Source: an uncultured Smithella sp.
GTDB taxonomy: Bacteria > Desulfobacterota > Syntrophia > Syntrophales > Smithellaceae
Direction of reading: 5' to 3'
DNA length: 64,000 bases
Assembly: GCA_964469905.1 (NCBI GenBank)
Contig: CAYXZW010000002.1
Span: 34,230-98,229, forward strand
Position numbers and translations under genes: made by a program. Of the stretch, positions 36,858 through 44,712 are shown piece by piece. Position 1 is the first letter of the stretch, and each line of letters starts with the position of its first letter. The notes under the pieces were generated by a model. That model made no database searches, was not told the origin of the DNA, and was given only the letters and a program-made list of their open reading frames with translations.

Positions 36858-37664
36858 CTATATTTTTTTTAATAAAGTTAAAGTTGCAAAGGAGAATTTT
36901 TCCCCAATAATGTTTCTAAAGAAAAGCTTATCAATATTAAATAGCAACTTGACGGTTTTTTCATTACCTATATTCAAGCATGGAAATGCTTCGGGATTAT
37001 AATATAGAACATACGAAAGCAGACCGGTAAAGAGTTGATCCACTATTTCGAAATTGCTTGACCTGTAAATTTCATTTAGAGTTTTTAACCTAAAGGCACT
37101 TTCGGTTTCAGCATCGAACATTCCGTTCTTATTATATATTGTACGTCTTATTATTTTGTAAATTTGATTATTTTCTGTTGGCTCAAAATTAATAAAATAA
37201 CCGTTATCCTTTAGCGAATTGTGGACCTTACTTACAAAATCTTTCGCATGGTCGGGAATGTGGTGCAACCCGCCTATTAATATTATTAAATCATATCTCT
37301 TCGAGGGAATATATCTTGTTGCATCGAGATGAAATACTTCAGTAGATGGATTACGCATGCGCACAGCCTCAATAATCGCAGAACAATAATCGAATCCTTC
37401 ATAATGAAAGTCAGTAGTTAAATGTTGCTCTATAATTTGTTTCCCCTCGGCAAAGCCACACATCGGCTCGAAGATGTGAATCCCGTTTTTCTTAAGGAAG
37501 GTATTTTGTTGAAAGAAATATTCCCAGAGCAGATTCTTATATAGAATATGATTTTTCGACTGCCTTGCAGTAAAATATTTTTGTGCAACTTTCTCATAAT
37601 GCTGTCTTTGGTTTTCAACCTTACTCATTGTAACAACTGAAGTCAATCCGGTAGTAAATATCAT
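36858..37664 (-). CDS. Class I SAM-dependent methyltransferase
   Basis: 268 aa; motif I-like IFEPMCGFAEG, ILIGGLHHIPD, LKDNGYFINFEP; the true start may be the internal ATG at 37628. Confidence 0.65.
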   Translation of the reverse strand: MIFTTGLTSVVTMSKVENQRQHYEKVAQKYFTARQSKNHILYKNLLWEYFFQQNTFLKKNGIHIFEPMCGFAEGKQIIEQHLTTDFHYEGFDYCSAIIEAVRMRNPSTEVFHLDATRYIPSKRYDLIILIGGLHHIPDHAKDFVSKVHNSLKDNGYFINFEPTENNQIYKIIRRTIYNKNGMFDAETESAFRLKTLNEIYRSSNFEIVDQLFTGLLSYVLYYNPEAFPCLNIGNEKTVKLLFNIDKLFFRNIIGEKFSFATLTLLKKI

Positions 37665-37711
37665 TTTTCATAACTCACCTGCTGGCATATTTACGTGAAG
37701 ACAGAAACAAC

Positions 37712-39352
37712 TTATTGCTTAATGATTTTTTTCATTACAGCATGAACTGACCACAAAATAAAATTGAATAAAACTTGATAAACCAGCAACCCGCAGAAAA
37801 GAACCAGAAACAACAAGCATGCACCGTAGGCAATATAGAACTGCGGATAAATTATCAGGGATTCGACCCAAAGCAATGCTCCTGCCATCGAAAGCGCCGT
37901 TAAACCAAAGGCAAAGGATTGGCCCATATTAAACTTCCGAAGAAGTCCTAAAATACCTACGGTGGCTGTAATAAAGAAGAATAACAACGTCGCATATCCG
38001 TGCGGTAGAATTTTCATCGGGAAAATAGCTGTTAAAAGAACTTTGTCGCTCATTGTGCCATCCAATGTGTTTCGATTAACATAGTTAATCACTTGATATC
38101 CAGTATATCTGAATTTAGAGATATATATATCTATCATTTCAGATGGATAAAATAGCCATAACTTTAAATAATAAAGAAACAGAGTTTTTTCATAAACAGG
38201 ATTATTCCTGATATCAACTTGGGGATCAAACCTCTTGGCAATTTCATGCCCTTTTTCATCTGACCAACTGATCCCCTCCCTTTCCGAGAGGGAATTTTCG
38301 GGAACAGATAATCCTAACACGATTGGATGCGCCCAAGAGTGATAACTAATGCCAACATAATTAGTCGCGGAATAATCAAGGTCATATATCGGTTTGAGAA
38401 ATATGCCTTTAAATAGTCCAACACCAACAATGAAGAATATCACGGCAGAAACGATCAAGACCGATTTATGCAAGCGAGAAATGTTGAGACGCTGACGCAA
38501 ATCATAAAAAACAAATAATAAATATAGTATGAAAACCGCAACAACTATAAAAAAATAATCGCTCCTGAGATTCCAGAAAAAAATGCCAAGAACTCCCATG
38601 AAAAGCATAAATAGAAAATTTGTCCAAATTTTGAGATAAGTCCTTATGCTGATGCTAATTCCCATCAGAGAAATAAACAACACGGTAAAAGGAACAAGAA
38701 AAGAATAGGCTGAATAGTGCTGCGAATATAATAGTTCAAAAAATCTCAGACCAATAAGGAATGCAATGCAGCCAAAAACCGGGCTCAAACCGACTCGAAA
38801 AAGAAAAAAAACAAAGACAGTCAGGCATGCTATTTTAATCCACGCGACGATAATACTCATTTGAGCAAGCGTAACGGTTGGATACAATCGAATTATTGTT
38901 TCAAAGAGCAGTGTAAGAGAATTTTCATTGTTCAGACAAGGTCGATTATTATGTGCACAATAGTTTGCAGTTGATCCGGCTATTATTTTTGGCAGATCAA
39001 GAATGCGATTTGATAAAATTGTGGTATTGTGTTTGAGAATGTTCGACAGGTTGTACTCTTCTCGATCAGGCAGATGGCTAATTCGATCGCAGGAAACACG
39101 ATTTATCGCCATTTGAAAACACCTAAAAGTATGGCCGAGTCCATCTAATGGAGCTACTTCTGCGGGCCGATAAAGACTTAGAACTGTTATGGAGCATATT
39201 AAAGTTAGAAAAAATGCATGACTCCATGACCTCTGCTCATTAACGCCAATTTTTGCTACGAATAAATAATCTAACAGAAATAAAATATAGGAAGGAAGAT
39301 TCGATAAGCTAGTGTGCTTTGAAAAAATATTTCTGGTTCCCCCAAATTTCAT
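37712..39352 (-). CDS. Polytopic integral membrane protein of unknown function (candidate GT-C-like glycosyltransferase or polymerase)
   Basis: About 546 aa from the ATG at 39352 (the listed TTG start is at 39376). At least 10 hydrophobic helices and two predicted extracytoplasmic segments (~residues 70-160 and ~340-430). No family motif recognised. ~30% G+C. Confidence 0.5.
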   Translation of the reverse strand: MKFGGTRNIFSKHTSLSNLPSYILFLLDYLFVAKIGVNEQRSWSHAFFLTLICSITVLSLYRPAEVAPLDGLGHTFRCFQMAINRVSCDRISHLPDREEYNLSNILKHNTTILSNRILDLPKIIAGSTANYCAHNNRPCLNNENSLTLLFETIIRLYPTVTLAQMSIIVAWIKIACLTVFVFFLFRVGLSPVFGCIAFLIGLRFFELLYSQHYSAYSFLVPFTVLFISLMGISISIRTYLKIWTNFLFMLFMGVLGIFFWNLRSDYFFIVVAVFILYLLFVFYDLRQRLNISRLHKSVLIVSAVIFFIVGVGLFKGIFLKPIYDLDYSATNYVGISYHSWAHPIVLGLSVPENSLSEREGISWSDEKGHEIAKRFDPQVDIRNNPVYEKTLFLYYLKLWLFYPSEMIDIYISKFRYTGYQVINYVNRNTLDGTMSDKVLLTAIFPMKILPHGYATLLFFFITATVGILGLLRKFNMGQSFAFGLTALSMAGALLWVESLIIYPQFYIAYGACLLFLVLFCGLLVYQVLFNFILWSVHAVMKKIIKQ

Positions 39353-39400
39353 ATCTGATCTTCTACCTCTAATCAAAACAACACTTGCTGTGCCTTATTC

Positions 39401-39600
39401 TTACGAATGACTTGTTTTATCGTCAGCATACATTGGCCCAAATATCATCAACAGAATGGTGGTAGTGAATCAGGCTATTGTTTCAAAAACAACTGAACAC
39501 CGGCAATAATATAAAGGTTATAATAATCGCTTGGATACTTTCCGCTATATAATGCTTAAATTTGGCCGGTAATTACTTTGCAGAAAAAAATAAAAATTTA
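39401..39600 (-). pseudogene. Decayed 3-prime relic of a second O-antigen polymerase/ligase (Wzy_C)-family gene
   Basis: The minus strand reads KFKHYIAESIQAIIITFILLPVFSCF*NNSLI, then after a frameshift MYADDKTSHS*. The C-terminus of the intact gene at 40701-42173 reads GFKHYMARSVQPIVIALVVFSLFDGFWNNNLI...MYANEKTVAS. By hand, 68/93 nt are identical between 39468-39560 and 40786-40878. Confidence 0.75.
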
Positions 39601-39604
39601 TTTT

Positions 39605-40543
39605 TTAAATATTCAACTCACGTCTATACCAATCGATCGTTATGCGTAATCCTTCATCAAAATCAACTAGTGGCTTATAACCAAGATATCGTCCGGCAGC
39701 TTCGATTGTGGCATAAGAATGTTTGATATCTCCAGCCATTGGATTTGTGTATTCAGGCAAAATACTTTTACCCAAAATATCATTAATCTTTTGCACAAGA
39801 TAATTGATCGTAATTTGTCCATGACATGCACAATTCACAGCAATACCCTCTACTCCCGGCATGGTTGCCGCAAGAATGTTGGCATTAACTACATTAGAAA
39901 CAAAAGTAAAATCCCTGCTTTGCTCACCATCACCGTAAATTAATGGTTTGCGGTCGTGCAAGATTGCTGTAATGAATTTTGGTATAACTGCTGAATATTG
40001 CGATGTCGGGTCTTGGCCTGGGCCAAACACATTGAAATAACGTAAAGCGACAGTTTCGAGCCCATAAGTTTTAGTAAAAACAGAGCAATATTTCTCTGCA
40101 GCAAGTTTTGAAACAGCGTATGGCGATAAAGGTGCAAGCATCATCCCTTCATGTTTAGGTAGTTCAGGTGTTTCTCCATAAATGGATGAAGAAGAGGCAA
40201 AGACAACGCGCCGAACTTTTGCATCTTTTGCCGCATGAAGAATATTGAGCGTGCCAACAACATTCACTTCATTTGATGTGATGGGATCTCGTATGGAACG
40301 GGGTACCGATGGAAGTGCCGCTTCGTGCAAAATAAAATCCATACCTTCTGCCGCTTCCCGAACTATGTGGTAACTGCGAACGTCACCTTCGATTAATTCA
40401 ATCTCGTCAAGAAATGGTTCAATGTTATGTCGTTTTCCAGTCGAAAAATTGTCAAGAACGCTAACTTTTTCTCCGCGCTCAACTAGTTCTTTAACGATAT
40501 TTACTCCGATAAATCCGGCGCCCCCGGTAACAAGATATTTCAT
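39605..40543 (-). CDS. NAD-dependent UDP-sugar 4-epimerase (WbpP/TviC-like extended SDR)
   Basis: 312 aa; VTGGAGFIGVNI, LDNFSTGKRHNI, SSSSIYG, YAVSKLAAE. Confidence 0.8.
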   Translation of the reverse strand: MKYLVTGGAGFIGVNIVKELVERGEKVSVLDNFSTGKRHNIEPFLDEIELIEGDVRSYHIVREAAEGMDFILHEAALPSVPRSIRDPITSNEVNVVGTLNILHAAKDAKVRRVVFASSSSIYGETPELPKHEGMMLAPLSPYAVSKLAAEKYCSVFTKTYGLETVALRYFNVFGPGQDPTSQYSAVIPKFITAILHDRKPLIYGDGEQSRDFTFVSNVVNANILAATMPGVEGIAVNCACHGQITINYLVQKINDILGKSILPEYTNPMAGDIKHSYATIEAAGRYLGYKPLVDFDEGLRITIDWYRRELNI

Positions 40544-40574
40544 AATTTTATTTCCTGATAATAGCTTTAAATTT

Positions 40575-40642
40575 TTATTGCGAAGCTTTTAAAATTCCTC
40601 AAAACAAATACTACTTATAAGAATGCTTCGCCGCGCAATGAC
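40575..40642. repeat. Palindromic intergenic element, copy 2 (shorter relative of the 15848-15940 element)
   Basis: On the minus strand: GTCATTGCGCGGCGAAGC ... 38-nt loop ... GCTTCGCAATAA. Shares the GTCATTGCG terminus and the CGCAA(T/A) inverted end with copy 1. Confidence 0.45.
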
Positions 40643-40700
40643 CGAATGAGGGTTGTGAAAGGGGCCAAGATCAAGGCTCTTAAATCGCCAAACAAAATTC

Positions 40701-42173
40701 TTAACCAGAATCACTGCAATCATCGGAAGCAACAGTTTTTTCATTAGCATACATTGAGCCGAATAATATCATAAGCATGGGAGGGATAAGGTTGTTATTC
40801 CAAAAACCGTCGAACAGCGAAAATACTACAAGGGCTATAACAATGGGCTGGACACTTCGCGCCATATAATGCTTAAATCCAAAACAAGATGTCTTCACAA
40901 TCTGGTTTGCCTTTCTAAAAACAATAACAAAAAAAGAAATTATAAGAATTAACCCCAAAAGCCCCGTTTGGATGGTTAATTCTATGTATTCATTGTGTGA
41001 CCCGTAGAATCCTCTAACCGTTTCCTCGCTGCCAAGCCTCTTTGCCTCAACTGCGGAGGTATTACCAATTCCCCATCCAAAAATCGGAGAAATCATCACT
41101 TTCTTTAGCCCCATTTTCCAAAGCTCAATCCGGTTCTCAAAATCGGAAATTTTCCTCTCGGTTCCCCCAAAATGTTTCCCATCTGTTCCCCCAGGTACTT
41201 TCTCCCTAATTTTATAGGAACCTTCTTCTTGCACATTAAATGTATTTGCCACGCGGTAACCCCTCAAGGAAGTTTGGTGAAGATTCAATAAGTTTTTTCC
41301 GGGTAATGTGTAAATTGAAAAATATAAGAGGGTAGCAAGGATAATTGAAAACACCATCCCGAAAATTTTCTTTTTTTCACCGAAACAAGCAACGCCCAAA
41401 AAAAACATAAGAGAAATAAAAAATGCTAATAGCCCAGCCCTGGCAAATGTCAGGAGCAATACGAAAACAGACAATATAAGGAGTAAATGGAGGAGTACCT
41501 TGTTTACCTTTTCCCTGATGGGAATATAAAGAATCCAACCGGCTAAAAGGAAAGCAATAATCACCATGATAATTGAAAAGCTCGTTGGGCTGGACAAGGT
41601 ACCGACGATTCTCCCGATTGTCCCCTGGCCAAGAAACACTACTTCATACCCTGATGATTTCATCATACCATCCGGCATATATAGTGGCAAGATATTGTGA
41701 AATCCCCACGGATACAACTGGCTTATGGCGAGCAGATTCAAACATAGAATACACAGAGCCATTATTATCAGAAAACTATTCCAAGCCCTTTGGCAGTCAA
41801 GAAAAGTTCCTAATCTGAAATAACAGACAAATAACATGATATTAAAGACTTGATAAAAATCAATCCATCCCAGAGGAACACCCAAGACAAAATATCCAAA
41901 AAAGTTTGATACTATAAGCGACATCCCAATTGCAAGAATAAGAATTTCAATTTTCATGAAAACGAATTTTTTGTTCTTTATGAGGTAGGATGCCAATCCA
42001 GCAATCACTATGATGACCAGAAGAATTTCATTCAGTCGCGTGTATTTCTTTAGCGGCAAACCAGTCGGAATCAAGGGAGAAATCAGTAATAGGCCAAAAA
42101 CGACAGCCGGTAAGTAAGGTTTTATCCTCGATATTAAATCATTCACAATGACACTTATCCATTTCTCTGCCAT
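40701..42173 (-). CDS. O-antigen polymerase/ligase family membrane protein (Wzy_C domain)
   Basis: 490 aa; at least 10 TMs, large periplasmic loop, Wzy_C signature region FARAGLLAFFISLMFFLG and HNEYIELTIQTGLLGLILI. Confidence 0.8.
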   Translation of the reverse strand: MAEKWISVIVNDLISRIKPYLPAVVFGLLLISPLIPTGLPLKKYTRLNEILLVIIVIAGLASYLIKNKKFVFMKIEILILAIGMSLIVSNFFGYFVLGVPLGWIDFYQVFNIMLFVCYFRLGTFLDCQRAWNSFLIIMALCILCLNLLAISQLYPWGFHNILPLYMPDGMMKSSGYEVVFLGQGTIGRIVGTLSSPTSFSIIMVIIAFLLAGWILYIPIREKVNKVLLHLLLILSVFVLLLTFARAGLLAFFISLMFFLGVACFGEKKKIFGMVFSIILATLLYFSIYTLPGKNLLNLHQTSLRGYRVANTFNVQEEGSYKIREKVPGGTDGKHFGGTERKISDFENRIELWKMGLKKVMISPIFGWGIGNTSAVEAKRLGSEETVRGFYGSHNEYIELTIQTGLLGLILIISFFVIVFRKANQIVKTSCFGFKHYMARSVQPIVIALVVFSLFDGFWNNNLIPPMLMILFGSMYANEKTVASDDCSDSG

Positions 42174-42247
42174 CGATTAATCTGAGTCACAAAGACCGAT
42201 TTTAGCGGACACCGGTTTCACTGTTTATAAACTTTATTTTGAAGGGG

Positions 42248-43129
42248 TTAATGTTTCTTTTGAGCAACAACTATCATTTCTCCAACATAGAATGGCAATA
42301 GACTTCTTGTAACAAAGAGGGGAAGCAAATTGTAAAGCGGTCCGAAAAGGCGATGAAATTCAGGACCGAAGTTTTGGAACATGTTATAAACATACGAAAT
42401 CGGCAATCTTTTCCAGTGCGGCATAAACTCAATGTTAATGTATCCAAGTTCTTTGAGTAAATTTTCTATACTCTTCCGGCTAAATAGATGAATATGCTCC
42501 ACCGGTGCATAAGGCGGCCAGAACTTCCCCGTGATTCTGGCAAAGAGGGAAGAACTGTCCGGAGTCTGAAGTAGGAGAATTCCACCCTCTTTGAGCAGGG
42601 CAGTGGAACGCTGAAGCAGTTTGACGGGATCAGTGACATGTTCAATAACACCCATCAGAGTTACAATATCGCATGGTATCTGAGGAAAATCGTTGCTGAA
42701 TACGTCGGCTTTAAAAATTCGTCCGGGCAGTTTCCTGCCGGCAATATCGACGGCCTCACTCTGCAACTCCAGTCCATAAACATCCGCGCCTCTTTGTTGA
42801 AGGAGTTCCAGAAATTCACCGGTGAAACAGCCAATGTCCAGTATCTTTTTATCCTGCAGGGCTTGCCCTCGGGATTGTAGTTCGGCAGTCAGGATATTGA
42901 CGAATCCTTCATAGACCATTTTATATTGTTCCGAATATGCCTGAAGCAATTGGTAATTGCCATCCCTGAACTTCTTCGCATAATGAGAGTCCAACGTGGC
43001 AGGATCTGGTAGTGGATAGGTCGAAACCAAACCGCAATCACAGCACCGATAATACCGGTAATCCCGGTATGAGAAAATCATCTTCTGATCCGATCCGCAA
43101 ATTGTGCAGCTCTGTTCTTTTTCGCTCAT
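42248..43129 (-). CDS. Class I SAM-dependent methyltransferase with N-terminal zinc ribbon
   Basis: 293 aa; CTICGS...CCDCG ribbon, motif I ILDIGCFTGEF, VTLMGVIEHV, LKEGGILLLQTPD. Confidence 0.8.
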   Translation of the reverse strand: MSEKEQSCTICGSDQKMIFSYRDYRYYRCCDCGLVSTYPLPDPATLDSHYAKKFRDGNYQLLQAYSEQYKMVYEGFVNILTAELQSRGQALQDKKILDIGCFTGEFLELLQQRGADVYGLELQSEAVDIAGRKLPGRIFKADVFSNDFPQIPCDIVTLMGVIEHVTDPVKLLQRSTALLKEGGILLLQTPDSSSLFARITGKFWPPYAPVEHIHLFSRKSIENLLKELGYINIEFMPHWKRLPISYVYNMFQNFGPEFHRLFGPLYNLLPLFVTRSLLPFYVGEMIVVAQKKH

Positions 43130-43132
43130 TGA

Positions 43133-44704
43133 TTACCTTTGGAGTTGAAAAATTTCAATCCGATACTCGGCAAAATCCTTCCGAAAATATTTCTGTTTTG
43201 TCTCATAATTCTGGTCACGAAAAAATCGTTTCACATTTTTTATTTTGTATCCATGCCCTGTCTGAAGCTCTCTTCTTATCTCTTCAGCAAGACGTGTGCT
43301 GGCGGGATTATTTACTACAAACCAGAGATTGTCCGGCAGGCTATACACGGGCGTTTTGAGTTGAGAAGGGTCTGCAATAATTCGATCCTTCAAGCCGCGT
43401 CCCGGAAGGTAATATGAATCCAGTGAATAACTGGTTTTAATCAAGATCCGGTCATTGCCGGCTACTGTCTTTTGCAGGGAATCCGATACTTCGCGCCAGG
43501 GATCGACATGAGCCATGATATGAAAATCCCTGCCGAGAAAGTAATTCGCATCCGCTTTGCCCCAACTTATCAAAAGGAGAGCTGTTATAACGATGGTTAA
43601 ATACCTGGGTTTGATTGCCGTAATGCCATATCCCAGAACGATACAGATAAGCGGGGCGAAAAAGAGGTAATAGCGGGGCATGTCATGGGAAATGAGGGGC
43701 CCCACAATAAAGACAACCAAGGCATAAGAACTTATGACGGATAACAGAACATAGTTAGAGCGCTGTTGCCAGATGCTGACCCCGGCTATGATTACGAAGG
43801 CAAGCCCGCCCAGAAGCGCAATGATATCCCATGGCATGATGGTCTGCCCGAGGGCCAGTGCGTAAGCAAGATATCCTCTGGAGATCAGGAATGATCCAGC
43901 TCCGGACCGCCACATGGTCGAAGTTGTCCCCATCGCCTGAAAAAGTGCCGGAAGAAAAGGTAAGAACATAAGCAAGGCCGCTGCGGATGACAGGAAGAAA
44001 TTACGCAGCAAAGGAAAACGATTTTGAGTCTTCCTAAGGTACAAAAGGAAAAATATTCCCTGTGCCAGCAAAATAAGAAATCCATGATAATGGGTGATCA
44101 GAGTGATAAAAGTTGCCACAGAAAAGAGAACCCAGTACTTTATCTTATTGTAGTCAAGCGCCCTCAACAGCAAGAGGAGTGATACGCAAGACAAAGTGGT
44201 CAGCAGCGAATACATTCTTACTTCACGAAAATAAATCAGTAGGACCGGCATTATTATGTAAAGGGCGGAACTGACCAGGCCGGTCAGTGGATTAACGAGG
44301 CGTTTCCCGAGAAAATAAACAAGCACAATTGACGGCATCGCCAGCAATACCGAAAGAAGCCTGATCCATCCTTCGCTATTCCCTAAAAGCAACCATGGCC
44401 GCAGGATGAAAAAATAGACGGGCGGATGAGCATTACCAGCTTGCATGGAAAAAAGGGAAGAGATATTTTTCAATAATTCAGCGTGACGGATACTCAGAAT
44501 TTCATCATCCCAAAAGCTTTTTACACCAAGCTGAAATGACCAGAAAACGAAACTCAAGACAACGAAACTCAGAAGTATGTAGGGAATTGCGGCATCTATA
44601 TCAAATGCCGCCGTCTTGATTTCCCGGTTGCAGGTTGTCTTTTTTGCCCCCAAGAGAGTCCTTTGTGTATCAGGCATTAATTCTGTAAAGTGTGCCGGCA
44701 GCAA
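43133..44704 (-). CDS. GT-C fold membrane glycosyltransferase, ArnT/PMT (GT39/GT83)-like
   Basis: 523 aa; after TM1 an acidic first-loop motif FWDDEILSIRHAE, then HPPVYFFILRPWLLL and ~10 further TMs, C-terminal soluble domain; listed TTG start, alternative ATG at 44677. Confidence 0.7.
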   Translation of the reverse strand: MLPAHFTELMPDTQRTLLGAKKTTCNREIKTAAFDIDAAIPYILLSFVVLSFVFWSFQLGVKSFWDDEILSIRHAELLKNISSLFSMQAGNAHPPVYFFILRPWLLLGNSEGWIRLLSVLLAMPSIVLVYFLGKRLVNPLTGLVSSALYIIMPVLLIYFREVRMYSLLTTLSCVSLLLLLRALDYNKIKYWVLFSVATFITLITHYHGFLILLAQGIFFLLYLRKTQNRFPLLRNFFLSSAAALLMFLPFLPALFQAMGTTSTMWRSGAGSFLISRGYLAYALALGQTIMPWDIIALLGGLAFVIIAGVSIWQQRSNYVLLSVISSYALVVFIVGPLISHDMPRYYLFFAPLICIVLGYGITAIKPRYLTIVITALLLISWGKADANYFLGRDFHIMAHVDPWREVSDSLQKTVAGNDRILIKTSYSLDSYYLPGRGLKDRIIADPSQLKTPVYSLPDNLWFVVNNPASTRLAEEIRRELQTGHGYKIKNVKRFFRDQNYETKQKYFRKDFAEYRIEIFQLQR

Positions 44705-44712
44705 ACTAACGA

